A stretch of DNA of 64,000 bases from an uncultured candidate division WWE3 bacterium. Its GTDB lineage: Bacteria; Patescibacteriota; WWE3; UBA101185; UBA10185. The translations under genes were made by a program, and so were the position numbers. Below, piece after piece: positions 40,521-49,652 of this stretch; positions within the stretch are counted from its first letter, which is position 1, and the number at the start of each line of letters is the position of its first letter. The stretch spans positions 216,079 to 280,078 of the forward strand of contig CAIRNR010000007.1 of assembly GCA_903879985.1 (NCBI GenBank), written 5' to 3'. The notes under the pieces are model-generated. The model was not told where the DNA came from. It searched no databases and saw nothing but the letters and a program-made list of their open reading frames with translations.

Positions 40521-40814
40521 ATGGCACTTAAAGGAACAATGATCTTAAACGGTCACTACAACATCACGCAGGCACCATCGCTGGATGACATAGTAGGTTC
40601 ATTAATATCAGCGGGTGCAAATCGGAAGTCACTGAGTTTTATCACAAGCACGGGATTAATCATCCGCAATGTGGCTATAAAGTCATTAGCTCGCGAAGAT
40701 GGCTCAGGCAAACGGTATGTATTCGAAGGCGAATTCGTCGGAACTGCCGGAACAATAAAAGGCTATTTTGACGTCGCCAACAGGGTGGGATTCTGTAACA
40801 TCACAGTAGAATAA
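40521..40814 (+). CDS. Hypothetical small orphan protein
   Basis: AAGGAG SD before ATG 40521; own promoter and terminator. Confidence 0.7.
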   Translation: MALKGTMILNGHYNITQAPSLDDIVGSLISAGANRKSLSFITSTGLIIRNVAIKSLAREDGSGKRYVFEGEFVGTAGTIKGYFDVANRVGFCNITVE

Positions 40815-40827
40815 CCCGCAAGTAACA

Positions 40828-40876
40828 AAAAGGTCTACTAGTTCGGAACAAATCCAACAGTAGGCCTTTTCTTTTT
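40828..40876 (+). terminator. Long bulged intrinsic terminator
   Basis: AAAAGGTCTACT-A-GTT-C-GGA..TCC-AAC-AGTAGGCCTTTT followed by CTTTTT. Confidence 0.75.
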
Positions 40877-40991
40877 CCCAAGCTTTCTAACATTCAAAAA
40901 TCATTATCAAAAAACAAAAGACCCCGCTTTCGCGAGGCCCAATGTTTTTAATCGACTCAAAATTTAAATCGAAAAAGTCAGAAAGATTACT

Positions 40992-41258
40992 TTACAGCAT
41001 CTTCATTCCTTTACCGGCTTTAAAAGCTGGAGTCTTACTTGCTGGGATATGGAGAGGAGCTCCGGTCTGTGGATTTCTTCCCATTCTTGCGGCTCTGGAT
41101 CTAACTTCGAATGTTCCAAATCCTGTCCAGGTTACTTTTTCACCTTTTTGCAATGCTGCGGTTACTGCGTCAGCTACTGCATCAACGGCTTTAGCGGCGT
41201 CCACTTTTGTCATTCCTGCCATATCGGCTACTTTAGCTATTAAGTCTTGTTTTACCAT
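40992..41258 (-). CDS. hup: DNA-binding protein HU (last residues appear frameshifted)
   Basis: [28 protein letters not shown]; GGGGG SD. Confidence 0.96.
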   Translation of the reverse strand: MVKQDLIAKVADMAGMTKVDAAKAVDAVADAVTAALQKGEKVTWTGFGTFEVRSRAARMGRNPQTGAPLHIPASKTPAFKAGKGMKML

Positions 41259-41292
41259 TTATAAAACACCCCCTTTCAAATCAAAAATTTAA

Positions 41293-42075
41293 TTAACTTA
41301 AATTATCAATACGAGTCACTGTTTTGGCGTCTGTATCAAATAGTACACTTCTAAATGCACGTCTTCCAGATTCTTCCCATTCAAAACGTTGATTTCTTGC
41401 GGTTAAATATTGTGCGATAACAATTTCGGATTTTACGCCAAGTACAGAATCAACTGCGCCAACCATTCCAATATCTGTTATGTACAATGTACCTTTTGGT
41501 AATGCCATGCCATCTGCTGTAGGAACATGTGTGTGTGATCCGACAATTGCAGTAACGCGTCCATCTAAGTAAAGACCGAATGCAATTTTTTCACTTGTAG
41601 CTTCTGCATGAAAATCAATAATGATTGCGGATAAGTTTTCGTTTTTAAATTTTTCTAAAATTTCATCAGCTTTTTTAAATGGATCATCTAAATATGCGAA
41701 CGTATTTGAAAATGATGTGCGACCCATGAGATTAATTAATAAAATAGAACCTTTGCTTCCGGCATCTAACAAAGTGTAACCTTTTCCGGCAACAGTTCCT
41801 TCGGGATAATTTGCTGGGCGTAAAACTGGAAGATCGTCAATTATATCTTCTGTTCCTTTTTGCCAAAATACATGATCGCCACCAGTGAAATAATCTATAC
41901 CGACTTTTCTCATTTCATCTAAATTTTCACGGGTAACACCACGGCCGCCTGAAATATTTTCGGCGTTAGCTAAAACTAAATCTGGTGAATATGTTTTGAT
42001 TATACCTGGCAATAAAGCCGCAACAGTTTTTCTTCCGGGGCCTGCAACAATTTCTCCTACAAATAAGATTTTCAT
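41293..42075 (-). CDS. ymdB: YmdB-family metallophosphoesterase
   Basis: NAEN, DFHAEATSEK, GSHTHVPTAD, TDIGMVG; lies downstream of rny as in Firmicutes. Confidence 0.93.
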   Translation of the reverse strand: MKILFVGEIVAGPGRKTVAALLPGIIKTYSPDLVLANAENISGGRGVTRENLDEMRKVGIDYFTGGDHVFWQKGTEDIIDDLPVLRPANYPEGTVAGKGYTLLDAGSKGSILLINLMGRTSFSNTFAYLDDPFKKADEILEKFKNENLSAIIIDFHAEATSEKIAFGLYLDGRVTAIVGSHTHVPTADGMALPKGTLYITDIGMVGAVDSVLGVKSEIVIAQYLTARNQRFEWEESGRRAFRSVLFDTDAKTVTRIDNLS

Positions 42076-42155
42076 AAATCGATAATATTTTTATACATCA
42101 AAGTTGTTGTAATGACAAGGTTTTTCACTAGTCACACGCTATAAGATTATGTGCA

Positions 42156-42192
42156 CAAAAAAAGATACCGCGTTTTTTATTCGCGGCATCTT
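42156..42192 (-). terminator. rny terminator
   Basis: AAGATGCCGCG..CGCGGTATCTT followed by T-run. Confidence 0.75.
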
Positions 42193-42214
42193 CTTTTTAA
42201 TTTTTTTATTAAAG

Positions 42215-43846
42215 TTATTTAGCAGTTTCTGTTACGCGCGTTTCTCTTATAACAATAACCTTAACGACACCTGGATATGTTTGTTCTAACTCAATCTTTT
42301 TTGCAATTTCTTTTGCTAGATATGCTGTTGAGTAATCATCAACTTTTTCTGGTGATACAAACACACGAACTTCACGACCTGCTGAAACTGCGAATGCTCT
42401 ATCAACTCCGTCAAATGATAACGCGGCACCTTCAAGTTCTTTTAATCTTGTAACATAAGATTCGTAATCTTCACTTCGTGCACCTGGTCTTGTACCACTA
42501 ACATGATCTGATAAATTAACGATTGCAGATTCAATGGAACTAAATGGTCTGTCTTCGTGATGCTCGGCGACGCAGTTAATTATTTCTTCAGGTACTTTAT
42601 ATTTTCTTAATAGATCAACACCTAATTGAATATGTGTACCTTCTTCGTCTGATACAACTTTTCCAATATCGTGAAATAAACAACCCATACGAACAACATC
42701 AACATTAACACCAAGCTCGTGAGCCAAAGCAATACCAATTCTTGATTCTTCTAAGGTATGCTCAAGCATGTTTTGACCGTAGGAAAATCTATATTTAAAT
42801 CTACCCAAAGTTTGGATTAAATCTTTGTGAACATTGTATGCACCAACTTTATGACATAAATCGTCTCCGGCTTTATACATCAAGTGTTCGGTTTCTGATC
42901 TTGTTTTTTCAACAATTTCTTCGATACGTGCAGGTTGAATACGACCATCGGCAATTAATTTTTCCATGGAAAGCTTTGCAATCTCACGTCGAACTGGGTC
43001 AAAGCTTGAGATCATTATTTCACCTGGGAAAGAATCAAGATCTAAATCAACACCTGTTAGTTCTTCAAAAGCTTTTATGTTACGACCTTCCTTTCCGATA
43101 ATACGTCCTTTTATTTCTTCATCTGGTATTTTTATACGAGATGTAGCGTGCTCAACAACTATATCTGTAGCACCAAAGCGCATGGCACTTACCAAAATTT
43201 CCTGTGCTTTTTTATCGGAATCGTGTTTAATTTCTTCTTCCATTTCACGAATACGTTTACCTTTTTCTTGGCTAAGTTCACGATCAAAAGAGTTTAACAA
43301 TTGTGCTTTTGCTTCTTCTTTTGTTAAGTTAGCTATCTTTTCTAAGTCTTCTTGTTTTCTTTTGTGCAAAATTTCAACTTCTTCTTGTTTCTTTTCTATA
43401 GCTTCTTTAGCAGCACGTAATACTTTAGTACGTTGCTCTAACTCTCTAGTCGTATTTTCAAGTTGAGCTTTTTGTAGAGCCTGACGTTTTTCGGTCTCTA
43501 TAGCTTCTTCCTTGATTCTACGGGAATCATCTTCGGCTTTGGTTCTAAGCTTTAAAGCCATGTCTTTAGCTTCGATTATGATTTCTCGGGCTTGAGCACG
43601 AGCTTGAATGACTCTTGGATCGTTCTCAGGATCAACAGGGGCGGCAACAGGCGCTACTGCAGCAACTGGCTGTGGTTGTGCTACTACAGTAACAGGAGCG
43701 GCAACAACAGCAGGTTTAGAAGCTTCCTGAACAGGAGCTTCGACCGCAGATGATGTGGCTTTCTTTTTAGAATTTAAAACAAAGTATGAAATCGCACTAC
43801 CGGATACAACTGCACCAACAACGAGCAAAACATTTGAAATATCCAT
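42215..43846 (-). CDS. rny: Ribonuclease Y
   Basis: N-terminal TM, coiled coil, KH (KGRIIGKEGRNI), HD (FHDIGK), RPGAR. Confidence 0.97.
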   Translation of the reverse strand: MDISNVLLVVGAVVSGSAISYFVLNSKKKATSSAVEAPVQEASKPAVVAAPVTVVAQPQPVAAVAPVAAPVDPENDPRVIQARAQAREIIIEAKDMALKLRTKAEDDSRRIKEEAIETEKRQALQKAQLENTTRELEQRTKVLRAAKEAIEKKQEEVEILHKRKQEDLEKIANLTKEEAKAQLLNSFDRELSQEKGKRIREMEEEIKHDSDKKAQEILVSAMRFGATDIVVEHATSRIKIPDEEIKGRIIGKEGRNIKAFEELTGVDLDLDSFPGEIMISSFDPVRREIAKLSMEKLIADGRIQPARIEEIVEKTRSETEHLMYKAGDDLCHKVGAYNVHKDLIQTLGRFKYRFSYGQNMLEHTLEESRIGIALAHELGVNVDVVRMGCLFHDIGKVVSDEEGTHIQLGVDLLRKYKVPEEIINCVAEHHEDRPFSSIESAIVNLSDHVSGTRPGARSEDYESYVTRLKELEGAALSFDGVDRAFAVSAGREVRVFVSPEKVDDYSTAYLAKEIAKKIELEQTYPGVVKVIVIRETRVTETAK

Positions 43847-43869
43847 ATTTATTTACCTCCAATATTCTA

Positions 43870-44032
43870 TACATATTAAAAACTAGTTAATTCAGGATGA
43901 TGCTATCAAGGCACATTGAGGAGCGTCGTCTCCTCTTCTTCGCGTTCTTTGCGGGGGCTTTGCCAGATCACCCGCTCAGAATAAAATTGGGATTAGAGTT
44001 CAGAAATAACAGTAAATCTCGACTTTATAGCA
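43870..44032 (-). ncRNA. Candidate structured RNA upstream of rny
   Basis: TGCTATAAA -10, then GC-rich hairpins GCGGG/CCCGC and GAGGAG/CTCCTC within an AT-rich genome. Confidence 0.35.
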
Positions 44033-44049
44033 AAATCCATGACTAGATT

Positions 44050-44556
44050 CTATTTTACACTCGCTATCCTGTCAACTACGCTATTACAAACATTGTAGGG
44101 ATATCCCTTACCTAAAAGGTACATGTACAGTTTCTTATGTGCCAAATTGGCATCGTAATTCCTTGAAAGTTGCAAAATTCTTAGTTTTTTCTCTCCATCA
44201 GCGAGGGCTGAAGCGAATTCAAACTCCGGATCCATATCTTTTATAGCCTCATCAACAATTTGCCTGTCTATGCCCTTTTTGTATAAAAACGTACGTATCT
44301 TTTGAGCACTTGTGGACCTTCCGCTGGAAAAACTTGAAACATACGACTTTGCAAACTCCAGGTCACTTAAAAGGTGAATTTCCTTAAGTTCTGTGATTAC
44401 TTGCGATTTAAGTTCAGCCAGTTCCTCGGGGGAAAGATCCCATCTTTGACTAAGTTTATCTATTTTTTGGGAAACCTCATGTGTAGTTCGAGGCTGATAG
44501 GAAATAAAATCTAGGATTCTTGAATAAATCTTTTCGAAAAGCTCACCTGTTTGCAT
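44050..44556 (-). CDS. recX: RecX regulatory protein
   Basis: Directly after recA; ISYQPRT..E, LSDLEFA, LYKKGI, LLGKGY. Confidence 0.88.
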   Translation of the reverse strand: MQTGELFEKIYSRILDFISYQPRTTHEVSQKIDKLSQRWDLSPEELAELKSQVITELKEIHLLSDLEFAKSYVSSFSSGRSTSAQKIRTFLYKKGIDRQIVDEAIKDMDPEFEFASALADGEKKLRILQLSRNYDANLAHKKLYMYLLGKGYPYNVCNSVVDRIASVK

Positions 44557-44620
44557 GGATACATAATACACTGGGCAGCCCACCAAACGGCAGCTGCCCC
44601 AGCATACTAACTAATATTTG

Positions 44621-45763
44621 TTATTCATCAGCACCCATTACGTCTTCGGTATCAGGACTACCGATTGGTGCATCGCCACTGTGACCAAGTTCTAAAGGAA
44701 TATCGTGCTTCTGCTTGATAACTTCTCTAATCTTTTTAGAAATTTCGTCTCTTACCTTTATGTTTTCCTTTAAATACATACGAGTTGCTTCTTTACCTTG
44801 ACCAATCTTTTGACCGGCATATTCGTACCAAGCGCCAGATTTTTTAACAACGCCCATATCAACACCAACGTCGATAATGTTTGCTTCCTTACTTATTCCT
44901 TCGTTGAACATGATGTCGAACTCAGCTTTTCTAAATGGTGGTGCCATTTTATTCTTTACTACTTTAGCGACAACTCTAATACCATTAACATCTGTACCAA
45001 CCTTAATAGATTCACCTTTTCTTACTTCAATACGAACAGATGCGTAATACTTTAAGGCTTTACCACCTGGGGTTGTTTCCGGGTTACCAAACATAACACC
45101 GATTTTCATTCTTAATTGGTTTGTGAATATTAATGTACAGTTTGAGTGACTGACAGCGCTGGTTAATCTTCTTAAAGCCTGACTCATTAACCTGGCTTGA
45201 ATTGCGATAGTTGAATCTCCAATGTTTCCTTCAAGTTCTGCTCTTGGAACAAGTGCCGCAACGGAGTCTATAGCTATTAAATCAACAGCATTTGATCTTA
45301 TTAATGTTTCGGCAATTTCTAAAGCTTGTTCTCCGGTATCAGGTTGTGAAACCAAAAGATCTTCAACATTAACACCGGTTTTTTCAGCGTAAGTTGGATC
45401 AAATGCATGTTCTGCATCAATTAAAGCTGCTGTTCCGCCTTCTTTTTGAGCTTCGGCGATAATATGTTGAACGAGTGTGGTTTTACCTGAAGATTCTGGT
45501 CCGTAAATTTCAACGATTCTTCCACGGGGAACACCACCAATGCCCAATGCTAAATCTAAAGCAATGGAACCTGTTGGAATAAATGGTATTAATCTTTCAC
45601 CTTGGTTTCCACCTAATTTCATAATGGAACCTTTACCAAAATTCTTTTCAATTTGATCTATCGCGGTTTGCAAAGCAATGTTTTTGCCCTTTTGAGAAGT
45701 ACTAATTTCTTTTACTTCTTTTGTTGCCTCTCTAGCTTCACGAATTTCTTTATTTGTTGCCAT
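44621..45763 (-). CDS. recA: Recombinase A
   Basis: [35 protein letters not shown]. Confidence 0.99.
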   Translation of the reverse strand: MATNKEIREAREATKEVKEISTSQKGKNIALQTAIDQIEKNFGKGSIMKLGGNQGERLIPFIPTGSIALDLALGIGGVPRGRIVEIYGPESSGKTTLVQHIIAEAQKEGGTAALIDAEHAFDPTYAEKTGVNVEDLLVSQPDTGEQALEIAETLIRSNAVDLIAIDSVAALVPRAELEGNIGDSTIAIQARLMSQALRRLTSAVSHSNCTLIFTNQLRMKIGVMFGNPETTPGGKALKYYASVRIEVRKGESIKVGTDVNGIRVVAKVVKNKMAPPFRKAEFDIMFNEGISKEANIIDVGVDMGVVKKSGAWYEYAGQKIGQGKEATRMYLKENIKVRDEISKKIREVIKQKHDIPLELGHSGDAPIGSPDTEDVMGADE

Positions 45764-45908
45764 ATGTATAAACCTTCCCGGTTAGATAAATGTGAATGCA
45801 AAACATAAAGTGTTTAGCAAACGCATATAAGTACCTTTTCTTTAGTACGCTACTAAATTTATTTTATTTAAATACGTGTCTGTAGCAAGGACAAGTATTC
45901 TAATTTTA

Positions 45909-47363
45909 TTAGAGGGCAGATTTAATACGATCTAAAGATTCTTCCCGACCCAAAACTTCTAAGATATCAAAAATATGTGGCGTTGCAGTTTGACCTGAAA
46001 GCGCAACACGTAATGTCATGAAAGCTTCCTTCGGGCTATATTCGTATTTTGTAATTAAATCATGGCACACTTTTTCCAAATTGTCTCTAGTCCAATTTTC
46101 TTTTTGAGTAATTTCCAAAGTATTATAAAAATTATTTAGAATTTCTTTTGTGCGCTCTTCGGATTTTGTATATGAAATCAACATTTCTTTTTTTACTTCT
46201 GGTTTTGAATAGAAATAAGAAATCAAATCATTTACTTCACTAAACTTTTTAAGTCTTTCTTTTATCAGAGCTACAACTTTAATATCGATTTTGTCATCTC
46301 CTGAAAAGTTAAGTTTTATCTCAAACCTTTTTGCCCAAGCTTTTATTTTATCGAAAAGGACATCATCACTTAAATTACGAATATAATAACCGTTAAACCA
46401 AAGTAACTTGTCGCGATCAAAGGCAACTAAATCTGTTTTTTGAATTCTCTCTAAAGAAAAATCATTTATAAATTCATCTAAAGTGTAAATTTCTTTTTCG
46501 GTACCAGGATTCCAACCAACAAACATTAAAAAGTTAACAAGCGCTTCTACCAAATAACCTTCTTGCAAAAAATCGACCGCAGCAACAGCTCCCTGGCGTT
46601 TACTTAGTTTAGCGGCTGATCCTTTTTCTTTTAAGTTAGGTAAGTGCGCAATTATAGGCATGTCCCAACCTAAGAATTTGTAAATCAAAACATGCACTGG
46701 TGAAGAAGGCATCCAGTCGATTCCGCGCAAAACGTGTGTAATTTTCATTAAATGATCGTCAACCATTGCGGCTAAGTGGTAAGTAGGAATTCCGTCGGAT
46801 TTTAACAAAATCATATCGTCAACGTCGTTAGTATTAAAGGAAATATCACCATGAATAGCGTCGTGTAATACTACAGTTTCATTCGCAGGAATTTTTATTC
46901 TAATAACATAAGGAACTCCGTCCTTAAGATTTTTTTCAACTTCTTCCTTTGAAAGATTTCGACAATGCTTGTCATAGCATGTTTTTGGCAAATGCTGAGC
47001 TTGTTGCTCGGCTCTAACTTGATCTAATCTTTCGGGAGTGCAAAAACAGTAGTATGCGCCGCCTTTTTCAATAAGTTCTAATGCATATTTTTTATATATT
47101 TCTAATCTTTGGGTTTGAACATAAGGTTCGTAAGGACCACCAATGCCTGGACCTTCATCCCAACTAAAACCGTAGTCTTTTATAATCTGCAACGTTCTAT
47201 CGGCAGCACCCTCAACAAATCTATTTCTATCTGTGTCTTCAATACGGACTATAAATTGTCCATTATATTTTTTGGCAAACGCATAGTCATACAAAATGGT
47301 TCTCATGTGACCGATATGCAGTTCTCCTGTTGGACTTGGAGCTATTCTTGTTCTGGCAATCAT
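45909..47363 (-). CDS. gltX: Glutamyl-tRNA synthetase
   Basis: RIAPSPTGELHIGH, RIEDTD, KLSKR. Confidence 0.97.
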   Translation of the reverse strand: MIARTRIAPSPTGELHIGHMRTILYDYAFAKKYNGQFIVRIEDTDRNRFVEGAADRTLQIIKDYGFSWDEGPGIGGPYEPYVQTQRLEIYKKYALELIEKGGAYYCFCTPERLDQVRAEQQAQHLPKTCYDKHCRNLSKEEVEKNLKDGVPYVIRIKIPANETVVLHDAIHGDISFNTNDVDDMILLKSDGIPTYHLAAMVDDHLMKITHVLRGIDWMPSSPVHVLIYKFLGWDMPIIAHLPNLKEKGSAAKLSKRQGAVAAVDFLQEGYLVEALVNFLMFVGWNPGTEKEIYTLDEFINDFSLERIQKTDLVAFDRDKLLWFNGYYIRNLSDDVLFDKIKAWAKRFEIKLNFSGDDKIDIKVVALIKERLKKFSEVNDLISYFYSKPEVKKEMLISYTKSEERTKEILNNFYNTLEITQKENWTRDNLEKVCHDLITKYEYSPKEAFMTLRVALSGQTATPHIFDILEVLGREESLDRIKSAL

Positions 47364-47372
47364 ATATCTTGG

Positions 47373-47413
47373 ATTTTATCACCTACGGTGATCGGCGACT
47401 AGTGTCGCAGATC
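47373..47413 (-). repeat. Double-palindrome promoter element, copy 3 (gltX)
   Basis: TATCACCTACGGTGATCGG (19 bp identical to 39777-39795) plus GCGAC-TAGT-GTCGC. Confidence 0.8.
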
Positions 47414-47467
47414 AGTTTAACAGTATGAGCGTTGTATCTCCTCCGCGTTATAGTTATAATATTAATA

Positions 47468-48607
47468 ATGCACTTGAACCTGACCCAAGTTTCTGCCTAT
47501 TTTAAAAGATATACTAAAATTGGAGCTATTGTAATTGGCGGATATTATCTATGGATACTTGTCATTGTCCCTGCTTCCGTAGGTACATTTAAAGCTATAT
47601 TTAACAGACCAGCACCTCCTAATCCTGTTTATGGCTTGCTTGATCCACTTGAATTTGTTGAAAAATCTACTTTAAATTCAACTCCAACCTTTGCATTAAA
47701 TACTAAAAATGGTCGCTTACCTTCTGGTTTTCCTGTAACAATGCCTGTATATAAATTTAAGGCTAAACCTTTTTCTTACTTATCATCTGATAATGCCCTT
47801 AAAGATGCTGCATACTTAGGCTTTTCCGAATCAGATTTAATTACAGATTTAAAAGGTACAGTGTTTAGATGGAGAAATCCTATTACCGGAACTGTATTGG
47901 AAATAGATAAAGATTCTAGGAGAATAAATCAAAATACAAACCTTACAGGTAAGTCACAAGACTTTGTTCCAGGAACAATAACAGAAGCCGATGCAAAGAA
48001 AAAAGCAATCCAATTATTTAAAGACCTCACAAGATTTAATGACACACTGTATCCTTTGGGTTTTCAGAACGTAGTTTTGGGCTCCTACTCAGGCAGTAAA
48101 ATGACACAGACAACAGCTACGCGAGATGCTGAAATAGCACGTGTAGACTTATATAGAAAGGTTGGCGATTACAATATATTGGGTCCTGATCCCAAAAAAG
48201 GTTTACTTAATGCTTTTATACGAGGAAATGCCGCGCAAAACTCACAAGACGTTTTGAATTATCCAAAGATAGACGCCAATTATACTGAAATAGATACAAA
48301 ATCTGTAGCTACGTACTCAATAATTCCAATTAGCCAGGCATGGAAAGCAGTAAGTGCGGGACAAGGTATTGTTGTAAATGTAACCCCAGCCGGCACCAAT
48401 CCGTTTGAAGAGATTCCAGCTACAGCCATTGGTAATGTTTTAATAGATAACATGTACCTGGCATATTACGAATCAATAAAACCTGAAAACTTTTTACAAC
48501 CTATATATGTATTTGAAGGAAAATATACTACCAGTGCAAACGCTGGAGGAAGTATTGTTATTTACTTTCCGGCTGTAGCAGGTGAAAACGTAAAGAAAAT
48601 TGAGTAA
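47468..48607 (+). CDS. Membrane-anchored extracytoplasmic hypothetical protein
   Basis: N-terminal TM; C-terminal YLAYY..LQPIYVFEG beta motif; TATAAT 7 nt before ATG 47468. Confidence 0.75.
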   Translation: MHLNLTQVSAYFKRYTKIGAIVIGGYYLWILVIVPASVGTFKAIFNRPAPPNPVYGLLDPLEFVEKSTLNSTPTFALNTKNGRLPSGFPVTMPVYKFKAKPFSYLSSDNALKDAAYLGFSESDLITDLKGTVFRWRNPITGTVLEIDKDSRRINQNTNLTGKSQDFVPGTITEADAKKKAIQLFKDLTRFNDTLYPLGFQNVVLGSYSGSKMTQTTATRDAEIARVDLYRKVGDYNILGPDPKKGLLNAFIRGNAAQNSQDVLNYPKIDANYTEIDTKSVATYSIIPISQAWKAVSAGQGIVVNVTPAGTNPFEEIPATAIGNVLIDNMYLAYYESIKPENFLQPIYVFEGKYTTSANAGGSIVIYFPAVAGENVKKIE

Positions 48608-48620
48608 CACTATGCGTGTT

Positions 48621-49649
48621 TTATTCCCAACTATAACTGCTTAACGTCCAATCAAGAAGTGCGCGTGTATCGTAAAATCTATCGGTGCTTCCCATAACTA
48701 CAATAGTTATATCTTTTTTATCAACAGAATATTCGTAGATTAAAACCTCACCGGCGCTGGCTGTAGTTCCGGTTTTTACACCGACACTTCCGGGAATTTG
48801 CCACAACAAAGCGTTTGTGTTTAACAATTTTGTTTCAAACTTTTGGTCGGCCGAAAACATATCAAACTCTTTTTGGGCAACAGCTCGTTTTATAAAATCA
48901 TTTGAAGTGGCCTTTTGTGACAAAATATAAAGTTCGGCAGCTGTCGAATGATGCTCCCCAACAAGTCCATCTAAACCAACTGGGTTTGTAAAATTGGTAT
49001 TCTTCATCCCAAACTCTGCGGCTTTTTTGTTCATAAGATTTACAAAATCAGTTATAGAAGTTTTTCCCTCAGCTAAAACACATGCACTATCACCTGCAGA
49101 TCCCACCATCATACTTAATAAGAGATCACGAACCTTATATGTGGAGGCAACGGGAAGCCAAGCTTTTGTACTGTCTATTTGTGTGCAATTTAAAGGCACA
49201 GTTACTTCGTCATCTAAGTTATATAAGTCCAAAGCTACAAGAGCTGTCATAAGTTTTGTAGTTGAAGCGGGTGCAAGTTTTAAATCAGGTTTATATTCGT
49301 ATAAACGTTTTCCGGATTTATTATCAACCACCAAAGCAGCTACAGCTGATATAGAAGGAGCTGGTTTAGTCGCGATTTTTACTGGGAAATCTGGTTTAAC
49401 GTAAGTGGTGTAAATAAAACTTTGAGAACCAAACATATAGCCATCAAAAATAGAATATAAAGTTTTTGAGGGAATTGCGTAAATCAAAAATCCAACTGTA
49501 GTGCTTAAAACAACAGCAACAAAAACAGCGCGAGAAATTTTTAAAACTTTTCTAACGCTAAAGCTGGTGACAACATCAACAAACCAGATTACACGGATAA
49601 CAAAAAATATTATTCCTAGAACAAACTGTTGATAAAAAGCTAAGCTCAT
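48621..49649 (-). CDS. D-alanyl-D-alanine carboxypeptidase (peptidase S11)
   Basis: PASTTKLMT (SxxK), FTNPVGLD, KTGTT; N-terminal TMs. Confidence 0.9.
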   Translation of the reverse strand: MSLAFYQQFVLGIIFFVIRVIWFVDVVTSFSVRKVLKISRAVFVAVVLSTTVGFLIYAIPSKTLYSIFDGYMFGSQSFIYTTYVKPDFPVKIATKPAPSISAVAALVVDNKSGKRLYEYKPDLKLAPASTTKLMTALVALDLYNLDDEVTVPLNCTQIDSTKAWLPVASTYKVRDLLLSMMVGSAGDSACVLAEGKTSITDFVNLMNKKAAEFGMKNTNFTNPVGLDGLVGEHHSTAAELYILSQKATSNDFIKRAVAQKEFDMFSADQKFETKLLNTNALLWQIPGSVGVKTGTTASAGEVLIYEYSVDKKDITIVVMGSTDRFYDTRALLDWTLSSYSWE

Positions 49650-49652
49650 TTT

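Noticed and set aside
34162-40876. Bulged hairpins as integron attC sites
   Set aside because: No consistent RYYYAAC/GTTRRRY boxes and no integrase; U-tracts fit terminators; genes have their own promoters and mixed orientation
43940-43985. c-di-GMP-I riboswitch suggested by GGCAAAGCC
   Set aside because: The full P1/P2 consensus, including the GNRA loop and receptor arrangement, is not recognisable
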